This document shows, one piece after another, positions 28,001 through 40,037 of a DNA stretch of 64,000 bases. Each line of letters starts with the position of its first letter. The stretch's first letter is position 1. Source of the stretch: Octopus vulgaris (Eukaryota). Both the position numbers and the translations under genes were made by a program. The stretch covers positions 50,344,001 through 50,408,000 of the forward strand of contig OX597831.1 in assembly GCA_951406725.2 (NCBI GenBank), in the 5' to 3' direction. The notes beneath the pieces were generated by a model that did not search any database, was not told where the DNA came from, and was given only the letters and a program-made list of their open reading frames with translations.

Positions 28001-29015
28001 TGTTGTTGTTGTTGCTGTTGTATACGATTTTTCTCTCTCTGTTTGTGTTTTTGTTTTTGTATCTATTGTTTGTGTCTATGCATACATTTTTTCTATTGTT
28101 ATTGTTGTTGTCGCTGTTAGGGTTCGTGTTGTTGTTGTTGTTGCCGCTGTTAGGGTTCGTGTTGCTTTTGTTGCTACGGTTGTTATTGTTGCGGTCATTA
28201 TTGTTTGTGTTGTTGTTGCTGCGGTTAGTGTTTTTCGCGTTGTTGTTGTTGTCGCAAGTGTTGTTGTCATAGTATCTATTTAAATTCCAACGTATTTTTG
28301 TGAACGACTTTTCAATCTCGGACAGGCATTTGATGGTATTCACTTTACTATACACTGCATACTTTGGTGGTAGTTGAAGTATCGATATTTCATCTGGGTC
28401 CGTTGTTACTCCCCCATAGATGTTCGCTTCATTGTCTTTATTGAACTCTTCTGGTAGTAGCACATCTTCCATAATAATTCCATTTATTGTATCTGGATAC
28501 TTCTGCTTTTCTTCCTTTGCGAGCTCATATTGACGTTTCTGTTTCAACCACGATAACTTCCTCTTAAAATGGATATTGCATTGGTGTATTACATGTCTGT
28601 TTTCTTCATATATTATATCCATTATTAAGGTTTTCTCCTTTCGTGTGGTGATACTTTTAATTTCTTTTAAAAATATACGTTTACGCTTCTCTTGTTCGCT
28701 CAGCTCTCTGTATATTCTATTTCTAATATTTACCATTAGCGTCCTTTTTAGTCTTTCCGCTTGTCCGTTAGTGAGGTCAAGCCGTTTAACGTTGGCTGTG
28801 ACCTTGTTGATACATATCCTGGACGAGACACATTGTTTTATAAAACGAAGCTGTTGCGTTGTCCCAGTTTTCTTTAGGCAACAAAATATAGTGTTCTTCA
28901 GCATCTTGCAAGCCTGGCTGTGGCTCACGTTAGTACGTTTAAATATTTGTTGTGCAAGATTTTTTATGTGAAGTCGTGTGTTGAAACAGATATTGTTATA
29001 TTTCGGAATGGTCAT
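25093..29015 (-). CDS. PLE-A polyprotein (N-terminal basic domain, Asn-rich insert, RT, thumb, Cys-rich linker, GIY-YIG), with a 1-nt frameshift near 25350
   Basis: 1231-aa ORF plus the 25093-25323 frame. RT motifs '[12 protein letters not shown]', '[20 protein letters not shown]', 'YSRYVDD', 'LPVLD'. Endonuclease 'VVYSIRC...YVG'. Confidence 0.9.
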
Positions 29016-29111
29016 ATTGCCAGTTTAGCCAATAAAAACACACGCACTATATATTTGGTGTTATTTTGCTTCAGTGATATTTATTTTTTACATTAATCTT
29101 AATCTTATTTC

Positions 29112-29156
29112 GGCCAAAGTTCTTTCGTCACACTCCTGTGACCGCATCAGTGGTCC
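29112..29156 (-). ncRNA. Hammerhead-like motif in PLE-A pseudo-LTR (non-canonical core)
   Basis: Reverse complement of 30729-30773. Confidence 0.5.
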
Positions 29157-29671
29157 TTTGTTTTCTTCTCACTTACTTGTGTCTCTCCTTACTAACCGTC
29201 AGCCATTTTGTATTTCTATTGTATGTCTTCATTTGCACATGCTTATATCTCTATGTGCGTCTATGTTTATTTAGTGTGTGTGTGGGGGGATGCCTGTAAT
29301 ATTTGTATCTTCTGGTTATATACATTCTTGTAATTTGTATTTTGTTTTTGTTGTTGTTGCTTTTGTTCTAATTTTGTTCATGTGTTTACATCCACCCATT
29401 ATTATCATTACATATGCTTGTATGTATGTATAACAACAATATTAGTAATAATAATAATAAATCTAATCTAGAAAAAAAAAAAAAAAGGATATACATATAC
29501 ATATATATATATATACATACATATACATATACATATATATATATATACATATATACACACATATATACACATATACATATACATATATATACACATATAC
29601 ATATATATAGATATTCATTTCTATTTCTTTAATTACCTGTGTATTTATTATGTTTGCAGGATCCACTATTG

Positions 29672-30464
29672 TCATATGTTGTGGTGTGCGCTATTGCTCC
29701 ATTCTAGTTTTCTATTCAGGCTAGGTTTATTTTCTATTATATGTGTAGCTTCTGTAATTTGTCTAATTGTTGCATCTGTTCTATGTGTGGACAATATCTT
29801 AATCTCTATGTTATTGATTGATCCCCCGTGTTCTTGTTCGGCGTGTTGGTACAGAATCGATGAGCTTTTACCTTCCTTGAGTTGTCTCCAATGTTCATTC
29901 ACCCGCTCACCAATGCTTCTTGCAGTTTCCCCTACGTATGTTACTGTCTTGTTACTGCATCGTCCCTCTATACATCTTATACTATAGACCACATTTCTGG
30001 CTTTACAGTTCGTTTGTGGGCTAAATCTACATACAGTGCAATAGTTTTCCGTACAGAGAGTTCTACTAAAAGGATAGGTTCTACCAATTATAGATCTGAT
30101 AGGGTTGCCTGGCTTTTCAACAACCTTAATTCTTAGTTTAAGTTTATCTAGGGTCCTTCTAAAGCGGTACGCTAGTTCACCTCCAGGGGTGGTGTCAACG
30201 AACATGACACTCTGGTATTTATGGCTATCATACCAAGAGTTGGCCTTCCTTATTTTCTTTTTTGTCCTTTCTATAGTGTTCCATGACTTGTTCCTATATA
30301 GTGGGCAAATCCCATTCCTATCATTACATAATATATTATCAAATTTCTTCATGGCTCCTTTGTATACTCTGATCCTTTCTTTATGGCTGTAACCTGAGAA
30401 CTGCATGCGGTGAATGAAATACTGTATGTGTCTCTTTAATTCTGTAGGCTCGCACATGCGTGAC
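29672..30464 (-). pseudogene. 5'-truncated third PLE-A copy: thumb end plus intact GIY-YIG C-terminus
   Basis: Reads uninterrupted 'NVVYSIRC...[16 protein letters not shown]...[10 protein letters not shown]...[17 protein letters not shown]' to the stop codon. Confidence 0.9.
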
Positions 30465-30728
30465 CCAAATCCTTCATTCATACTATGCAAAACCTATGGC
30501 CTCAAAATACCTGATCCACCGGAACTCAGCCATTGCGGGCAATGCCAAATTCAATATTTTGATGGCAGACCTCGTCAGAATAATGAGAAATGTGTCACGC
30601 ATGTGCGAGCCTAAATAAACATAGACGCACATAGAGATATAAGCATGTGCAAATGAAGACATACAATAGAAATACAAAATGGCTGACGGTTAGTAAGGAG
30701 AGACACAAGTAAGTGAGAAGAAAACAAA

Positions 30729-30773
30729 GGACCACTGATGCGGTCACAGGAGTGTGACGAAAGAACTTTGGCC
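30729..30773 (+). ncRNA. Hammerhead-like motif in PLE-A pseudo-LTR (non-canonical core)
   Basis: GG-A-CCA CUGAUGC G GUCACA[GGAG]UGUGAC GAAA GAAC UU UGGCC. Type I layout with C at position 9, one extra G and a minimal stem III. AATAAA follows at 30800-30805. Confidence 0.5.
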
Positions 30774-30869
30774 GAAATAAGATTAAGATTAATGTAAAAA
30801 ATAAATATCACTGAAGCAAAATAACACCAAATATATAGTGCGTGTGTTTTTATTGGCTAAACTGGCAAT

Positions 30870-33800
30870 ATGACCATTCCGAAATATAACAATATCTGTT
30901 TCAACACACGACTTCACATAAAAAATCTTGCACAACAAATATTTAAACGTACTAACGTGAGCCACAGCCAGGCTTGCAAGATGCTGAAGAACACTATATT
31001 TTGTTGCCTAAAGAAAACTGGGACAACGCAACAGCTTCGTTTTATAAAACAATGTGTCTCGTCCAGGATATGTATCAACAAGGTCACAGCCAACGTTAAA
31101 CGGCTTGACCTCACTAACGGACAAGCGGAAAGACTAAAAAGGACGCTAATGGTAAATATTAGAAATAGAATATACAGAGAGCTGAGCGAACAAGAGAAGC
31201 GTAAACGTATATTTTTAAAAGAAATTAAAAGTATCACCACACGAAAGGAGAAAACCTTAATAATGGATATAATATATGAAGAAAACAGACATGTAATACA
31301 CCAATGCAATATCCATTTTAAGAGGAAGTTATCGTGGTTGAAACAGAAACGTCAATATGAGCTCGCAAAGGAAGAAAAGCAGAAGTATCCAGATACAATA
31401 AATGGAATTATTATGGAAGATGTGCTACTACCAGAAGAGTTCAATAAAGACAATGAAGCGAACATCTATGGGGGAGTAACAACGGACCCAGATGAAATAT
31501 CGATACTTCAACTACCACCAAAGTATGCAGTGTATAGTAAAGTGAATACCATCAAATGCCTGTCCGAGATTGAAAAGTCGTTCACAAAAATACGTTGGAA
31601 TTTAAATAGATACTATGACAACAACACTTGCGACAACAACAACAACGCGAAAAACACTAACCGCAGCAACAACAACACAAACAATAATGACCGCAACAAT
31701 AACAACCGTAGCAACAAAAGCAACACGAACCCTAACAGCGGCAACAACAACAACAACACGAACCCTAACAGCGACAACAACAATAACAATAGAAAAAATG
31801 TATGCATAGACACAAACAATAGATACAAAAACAAAAACACAAACAGAGAGAGAAAAATCGTATACAACAGCAACAACAACAACAATTATAGGGAGAACCG
31901 ACACACAAACACACACACAGATAGCCATAGTCACAAAAACACGAATAAAAGTTGGGTCATAGGGGTCACGATGGAGAATAAAGTTGAATGCAACAGGATC
32001 CTTGGACAGGGAGTCAGCGGACTTGAAACAGATAACAATACTCATAGGAACAAAAATAACGACCGCAACAAGGGGATTGACAGGGACCAACAGACAGACA
32101 TAAAACCCAACACTAATATAAACAACACATATACCAGAAACAGGAACAATGAATATATCACTAGCGATGATAGTAATAATGGCAATGGTAGGAATAAAGG
32201 TAATAACAATAATAGTGGTAGTAGTAGTGGTGATGGTAACAGTAGAAGTAGTAATGAGGATAGTAGTGATAGTTGTGGTGGTAATAGGAATACTAGTAGT
32301 AGTAGTAGTGGTAATGGTGATAATAATAATAGGAAGGCTGATGTTGGAAACAGTAACGATAATGAAGATAACCCTAGAGAGACCATTGACATGTATACCC
32401 ATCCCTTTGACACTCAATTCTTCAACGTATGCGACAAAACTTACTGCATGAACCGAATTTATCCAACAACATTACCCTTCAACAAAAGGGTATACATCCC
32501 AAGACGTACTAATGACCACATGGAAGCACAGTTCACTATAGCTAGGACCAAACTTAGACAGATTTTAGGTTTATACATTAAGAGACAGAGACAGAATAAG
32601 ACAGATGCCCAACAACTAGGGATTAAACCTGCATGTGGCCTACAGAAGCTCATTCAGCGCACGAGGAACGGAGAGGTGATATGCCTTCCCACGGATAAGT
32701 CCGGCAGGATGTCAATAGACAGCTTACCGAACTACATCCAGGCAATGCAACCTCATATCGCCAATACAAAAGTAACAACTGTACAGGCGCATGAGGAGAG
32801 AGAAAAGGTCCTCAATGCCCACATGATGATGTGGACAATTGTTCTGGGACCTCAGAAACGTACTGCAAAGAATTTCCAAGCCTGGAACAATGATATCCCG
32901 GCACTGTATGGACTTCGCAAGGACCATAAAGGTTTTACTGACCCTATAGCAGGACCACCAACAAGACCAGTCTGTGGAGCGAATATCGCTAGCAATTACA
33001 GAATCTCCTACTTCCTCTCAATGATCATACGCCCTATAATCAGGATGTCACCTGATGTATGTGACAGCACAGAAGATCTCCTAAGCAGGATCAGTGACTG
33101 TAACAAAACTTGTGACTTGACAGGATGTATAGTAGGTAGCATGGATGTGGTATCCCTATACCCATCGATTGACGTAGATTTTGCAGTGGAGAAGTGCGTG
33201 GAGATGATCAACGAGAGCCAGGTGGAGTTCTGTAATGTCGACACAGAAGAACTGGGCCTCCTACTTAGACTGACATATAATAGTGAATACTTAGATAAAC
33301 ATAATCTTAGTAGTTTCTGCCCCAGTAGATGTTTAAGAGGTAGACCGCCTACAATTACTTCTATGGCTAGGAAGACACATATAGAAAGATGGCGCGGATG
33401 GACCAGAGCCATACGGAGCCCCGCAAATGTCCATCAGGTAAAGAAAATGATCGCACATGCACTAGGAGCTAGTATAAGAGTTACCCTAAAAGGCCACACA
33501 TTTAAATTTAATAATAAAATATATGCCCAGGACGAGGGGGCAGCCATCGGTGTTAGTATCGCTGGTGATGTGGCCAACCTCTTCATGGTATGGTGGGACA
33601 GAAGGCTTAAAGAATGCCTACTGCAGAAATCCATACTCGTAAACATGTACTCTCGCTATGTTGATGATATCAATATAGTAGTAAAGGCACCCCCACAAGA
33701 GAGTACTGTTGATATAGTAATAGAAACTAATACTATGGAGAGCATCCAGCAAATAGCTAACTCCATCCACCAGTGTATTAAGGTCACAATAGACTACCCC

Positions 33801-34792
33801 ACTAAACACCCCAACCATAGACTACCAGGACTAGACACTGAACTCTGGCTAGAAATTGTGAAAAGTAAAACCCAAATCCTTCATTCATACTATGCAAAAC
33901 CTATGGCCTCAAAATACCTGATCCACCGGAACTCAGCCATTGCGGGCAATGCCAAATTCAATATTTTGATGGCAGACCTCGTCAGAATAATGAGAAATGT
34001 GTCACGCATGTGCGAGCCTACAGAATTAAAGAGACACATACAGTATTTCATTCACCGCATGCAGTTCTCAGGTTACAGCCATAAAGAAAGGATCAGAGTA
34101 TACAAAGGAGCCATGAAGAAATTTGATAATATATTATGTAATGATAGGAATGGGATTTGCCCACTATATAGGAACAAGTCATGGAACACTATAGAAAGGA
34201 CAAAAAAGAAAATAAGGAAGGCCAACTCTTGGTATGATAGCCATAAATACCAGAGTGTCATGTTCGTTGACACCACCCCTGGAGGTGAACTAGCGTACCG
34301 CTTTAGAAGGACCCTAGATAAACTTAAACTAAGAATTAAGGTTGTTGAAAAGCCAGGCAACCCTATCAGATCTATAATTGGTAGAACCTATCCTTTTAGT
34401 AGAACTCTCTGTACGGAAAACTATTGCACTGTATGTAGATTTAGCCCACAAACGAACTGTAAAGCCAGAAATGTGGTCTATAGTATAAGATGTATAGAGG
34501 GACGATGCAGTAACAAGACAGTAACATACGTAGGGGAAACTGCAAGAAGCATTGGTGAGCGGGTGAATGAACATTGGAGACAACTCAAGGAAGGTAAAAG
34601 CTCATCATTCTGTACCAACACGCCGAACAAGAACACGGGGGATCAATCAATAACATAGAGATTAAGATATTGTCCACACATAGAACAGATGCAACAATTA
34701 GACAAATTACAGAAGCTACACATATAATAGAAAATAAACCTAGCCTGAATAGAAAACTAGAATGGAGCAATAGCGCACACCACAACATATGA
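30870..34792 (+). CDS. PLE-A polyprotein, second full-length copy, with a 1-nt frameshift near 34606
   Basis: 1262-aa ORF; YVDD at 33657-33668; GIY-YIG 'VVYSIRC...[16 protein letters not shown]'. One G is missing relative to the other copies (ctcatc-attc), and the consensus stop TGA is at 34790-34792. Confidence 0.9.
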
Positions 34793-35187
34793 CAATAGTG
34801 GATCCTGCAAACATAATAAATACACAGGTAATTAAAGAAATAGAAATGAATATCTATATATATGTATATGTGTATATATATGTATATGTATATGTGTATA
34901 TATGTGTGTATATATGTATATATATATATATGTATATGTATATGTATGTATATATATATATATGTATATGTATATTCTTTTTTTTTTTTTCTCGATTAGA
35001 TTTATTATTATTATTACTAATATTGTTGTTATACATACATACAAGCATATGTAATGATAATAATGGGTGGATGTAAACACATGAACAAAATTAGAACAAA
35101 AGCAACAACAACAAAAACAAAATACAAATTACAAGAATGTATATAACCAGAAGATACAAATATTACAGGCATCCCCCCACACACACA

Positions 35188-35465
35188 CTAAATAAACATA
35201 GACGCACATAGAGATATAAGCATGTGCAAATGAAGACATACAATAGAAATACAAAATGGCTGACGGTTAGTAAGGAGAGACACAAGTAAGTGAGAAGAAA
35301 ACAAAGGACCACTGATGCGGTCACAGGAGTGTGACGAAAGAACTTTGGCCGAAATAAGATTAAGATTAATGTAAAAAATAAATATCACTGAAGCAAAATA
35401 ACACCAAATATATAGTGCGTGTGTTTTTATTGGCTAAACTGGCAATATGACCATTCCGAAATATG

Positions 35466-35473
<8 letters not shown>
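35188..35473 (+). repeat. Right-terminal pseudo-LTR of PLE-A (direct repeat of 30611-30895), with hammerhead-like motif at 35306-35350
   Basis: Identical at offset 4577. It runs through the ORF start codon (ATGACCATTCCGAAATAT) and ends in (TA)n. Confidence 0.9.
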
Positions 35474-35543
<70 letters not shown>

Positions 35544-35589
35544 TAGATAGATAGATAGATAGATATTATGTATAAGTGTATAGCTATAT

Positions 35590-35960
35590 ATATATAACAC
35601 AGGATCTGTGTCTGTCTGTGTGTTTGTTATGTCATTAATACTCGAGAACCACCCAACCGATTTTAATGAAATTTTACACATGGGTCCTTGGAGTTTCATG
35701 GGCTAAAACAAAGTCAACTTTTTGCCTAATGCGTACCCAGGAGCGGATTAACAGCGTTTTAAAAGCATGTTTGCAGTGTTAAGGCCCGTAACTTGAAGAG
35801 TATCCAGTCGTTTCCCCCCAACTTGGCCACAAACATTAATTATGTTCCTGTTGACTAAAAGAAATTTCCGACGCGGATTATGGGTCCACCCCAAAAATGC
35901 AGATTATCAGATTTTAGTATACTGCATGGGGTTTTATCTAGATTTTGGGCCATTTTCCGA
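35590..35960 (+). mobile_element. Helitron/Helentron-like non-autonomous fragment
   Basis: 'gtgtctgtctgtgtgtttgt...aaccgattttaatgaaattttacac' resembles the 5' motif typical of invertebrate rolling-circle short elements. The 3' end was not located. Confidence 0.45.
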
Positions 35961-36411
35961 CGATAAAATATTAAAACTTCTTATGCGTTATTAGTAACGT
36001 ATGATATTTCATGAAAACTTTTTTGTCCAATTTGGCAGAAGAAATGAGAAGAACATTGAAATTTTTGCCGGCGCCCTGTTATGCTTCATGTTACCATCCC
36101 ACACACCACTGGGCCATATGCGTGCGTGCGCGGCTAGGTAAAGGCACAACAAACCCATTTATCCATTCTCCAGAGGTGCCCTGTTGATGTTTCACGTTTC
36201 CAATCCTGCAGCATAGCCCGGCAGCATATGCGCTTTCTATGTTATCCATATCTGGACTATATAATGCAAAATGTTGATACAAAAGACAACCTGCTGCTGT
36301 GACTCACTGTCATTTGAGTTTGACCGCGTGACCACTTCCGAAAGCTACGCTCGCCAACTGCAATTAGTCCCCACATGTGTTCCCTGCTTCGTTTAGTCGG
36401 ACGCGTAAATA

Positions 36412-36871
36412 CAGGGTATCCAAGAATTAATGAGGATTTGAGTGAAATCGGGTACGTTTTTTTAAAACTCACTTCATTTATGTTTATCATGTTTAATATG
36501 TATTAAAGTATATAAATTTTGAATTTTGCTTATAAATTTATTTTCATTCCTGTTGGACCCCTCTTATTTGTCCATGACAGCTTTCGTTCAATTTGGCAGC
36601 AATTTGGCAGCAATCGTTTAGATGAGCTTAAAGAACACATTCAGTTAGCAGTGCAGTAGCTAACTCCTGAAATGCTTCGAAATGTGTTTCACAAGGATAA
36701 GGACAGATATGAAGTACTCAGGGATAAAAACATGTTGAACATTTTCAATAAAAGTTTGACGCAAGATTCATAAACTTATTTATTTTGGTAAGAGACATAA
36801 AATTCTGTCAGTTTTTTTTTTTACATTTGCTCAATTTCATTGAAACAGATAGTTAATTCTACAACACTCTG
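36412..36871 (+). mobile_element. Internally deleted Tc1/mariner-superfamily element
   Basis: TA-flanked imperfect TIRs 'cagggtatccaagaattaa' / 'ttaattctacaacactctg'. C-terminal transposase-like peptide 'LDELKEHIQLAVQ*LTPEMLRNVF...KHVEHF'. Confidence 0.6.
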
Positions 36872-37449
36872 TATGGTGTAGTGTTAGTTGTTGCGTTGCT
36901 CGAGTAAATATTAAAATCAAAGGCCTTCTCGCCGTAAGCAACCCATCTTTTGTTAAGCATATTGTATCAAGGAGTATATTATCCAAAATGTATCTTTCTT
37001 TTATAGACGTGGCTGTGAAGTTGAGAAGCTTGCTTTCCATCCATGTCGCCTTGGATTCAATCCCACTGTGCAGCACGTTGGGAAATCTTCTATCATTACA
37101 GCTCCGTGCCGACCAAAGCCTTGTATATTATATAATTGCCATTATTGCATTGATATATAAAATAACATATACCATTCAATTATTATTGTCATATAATAAA
37201 CAAACAGAAGATTGTGTGTGATATTGATCTTTTTCTATATCAGTTAGTACATGTTTTTTTTCTTGTAAAATACACACATACAGGAGGAGGAAATCTACAT
37301 ATATATATAATCTCTTTGTATGTGGCTCCCGAGAAAGTGCAAGAGTAATTACCTGATCAACAACGGGTATTACTGCTAGTATATATATATATATATATGC
37401 GTGCGTGTGTGTGTGTCTGTGTGTGTGTGTCTGTGTGTGTGTCTGTGTG

Positions 37450-37517
<68 letters not shown>

Positions 37518-37589
37518 CAAGGTGCCGAATAAAAATGATTTGTATAGTAATGAGAATAAGAATAGATACATACCTGCATACAGAGACAA

Positions 37590-38190
37590 AATTGATGCCG
37601 AGCAATTGTTAATCAACACAACTGTGATGTGAATGGTAAGAGAGCATAGGACGAACCTAGTTTCAATGTGGCTTGACTACAAGAAAGTTTTTGACTCTAT
37701 TCCGCACTCATGGATGCTAGAAGCCCTTCACCTTGCTAAAGTTTCAGTGAGCATACTCAAAACCATAGCTAACCTGACTTCATAGTGGGCCACCATCCTG
37801 AAATGAAGCACAAAGAGTGACTATATTATCACTGATAGAATACAGTATCGCAAAGGCATATTTCAAGCCTTTCTGTGATGTTGCTTATACTTATCATTTA
37901 TGTTAAGAAAGAATGAAGGAAATCTCACTGGTGCATTAGCAAACAGGAATACCAAAGTTACACACTATTTTTTTGTGAGTAACTTGAAACTTTATGCAAT
38001 GAATATGCACGAGATGAAAAAGAGCCTTGACCTAGTTACATACTGAAAGGATGTAGGTTGGATTTGGGTCAGGGAAATGTTATCATATGTTTGTGAAAAA
38101 GGGGAAAACTGTAAACCAGACTAGCAACATCTCCATCAATGACTTGACTATTTTCCCTATATCTGACGAAGAATGTTACATATATCTATT
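37590..38190 (+). mobile_element. Old Dong/R4-like RT remnant
   Basis: Peptide 'NLVSMWLDYKKVFDSIPHSWMLEAL...QYRKGIFQ' with stops. Confidence 0.7.
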
Positions 38191-38806
38191 GGTGGATTAA
38201 AACTAGGACCTAGGTTTCAAACTCTTCAAGATATGCTTGTTAACGTAAACTTGATTAGCTCTCATCAGCTAGATTTACCAGAGCAAAATTTCAAATGTTG
38301 GCACGTTAAATCCAGTATACTCGCTTGAACGCAAAGCCGCTAACAGAAACGAGAACAGTGAAAAAGTTTAAAATATTGCAATACAAAATATTGATTTGCA
38401 GTAAAATAAAACACCGTACGGTTAAAGTATAAATATGAATATAGAATGAGGGAACAACAGTGCACCGACATTTACTGGAAATAGCAGTAACTATCAATGA
38501 GATGTACCTAAGAGAGGCAACTCTGAACGAACTTAATAAAGTCGTAGCTTTATATATCATTCAGTCAATACGTTGACTTATTTGCGCTAGTAGATCGCCT
38601 GATCGAGATAAACAACGAAGTGTTAGCGCGAAGCAGCGTTTAGGTATGAGCAGAATTTAGTCTAGTTGAAATATATCTGTCACATATTTCAACTGATAAA
38701 GGACAAATACACTGCACTTACCGTGGAGAAAAAATTTCTGAATGAACTGAGTGTTTTCACACCATTTTGCCACAAGAGAAACGTTTTCTCCACGTTAATT
38801 GCAGTG

Positions 38807-38871
38807 TATTATTATTATTATTATTATTGTTATTATTATTATTATTATTATCATCATCATCATCATCATCA

Positions 38872-38946
<75 letters not shown>
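38807..38946. repeat. (TAT)n/(CAT)n microsatellite
   Basis: Directly visible. Confidence 0.95.
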
Positions 38947-38954
<8 letters not shown>

Positions 38955-40037
38955 TATACACGCGCGAAACATATTCGAATGCGTAACCCGTAATGTGTAC
39001 TTCAATGTGCATAATCCACACAGTGTATGTTGGGCATTTTCAGTGCAATTTTATTTAAAATTATAGTTGGCATCCATGTGTGAATTTAATTAATTCAATT
39101 CAAGCTCCTGGTTAAGTTGAAGAGTTGTATTTTTCAGATTTCTCTATAACTGTTTCTTGTTTTTTTTTATTTAGTTTTTTGGTCTCTTTTTATCAAATTT
39201 GTTTATTGTTCAATAACTTTATCAATCTCTCGTACTTGCATGACGTTTTATGGGTTGATTAAAGAGGCTGAAACAGAAATTGGTATTATTGTACACACAC
39301 ACACACACACAGACATATATATTCTTTTACTCGTTTCAGTCATTTGACTGCAGCCATGCTGAAGCACCTCCTATATATATATATATATGTATATATATGT
39401 GTGTGTATGCAGATATATAGACAGAAGGATGGATAGGTACACTGATAAACAGAGGTAGATAGATTGATATAGATAAATATAAACATGCATGCGTTTATAG
39501 TATCTACACTCACACACACCCTTACACATATATATATATATATAAATATATAATGAAGGAATTTTTAATAAAGATTATTACAATGTGGCTCTTAGGAATG
39601 CTGGTTATAAATATCAACTTAAGTACACCAAATTTAAGCTCAAAAGACCATCACGAATTGGAACAACCTAGCACACAACGTAACACAATGAAGTATATTT
39701 GTAAAGTTAACTTCACCATAAAAAAGAAGAAAATTTTAAAAATCTGGACCAAATAACAAGACTTTTACTAACCAGATTTCTACCAATACCAATATTTCTA
39801 ATAAGATAAACAATTGTAATGTCACAGGCAGTCATTACGAGAAAAACATTAGCATAGCCGGGAATAGTAACACGAAGCTAAGTCTTTTCACAAAAAATCT
39901 TATCTTATTTCATCACATAATCTTAATTCCCCACACAACTACATAACCAACTTTAATGATGTCCAGTATTTTCTTAATAACAACAACAACAACAACAACA
40001 ACAACAATAATAATAATAATAATAAAAATCATAATAA

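Larger units (their letters stand above)
24501..35473. mobile_element. Young Penelope-like retroelement (PLE-A) in an inverted, partial-tandem array
   Basis: Positions x and 59885-x are reverse complements over ~24690-29274 vs 30611-35195. There is an extra partial minus copy at 29275-30464, and (TA)n tracts on both flanks. Confidence 0.95.

Noticed and set aside
27468-28283. 271-aa antisense ORF (and its mirror at 31602-32417) rich in V/I/T
   Set aside because: It is the shadow of the Asn/Ser-rich low-complexity tract on the opposite strand, with no independent coding signal.
31722-31772. Two AACCCTAA telomere-like motifs inside the PLE-A ORF
   Set aside because: They are part of a short duplication encoding 'NTNPNS'. 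There is no tandem (TTAGGG)n array and no evidence of telomere association.
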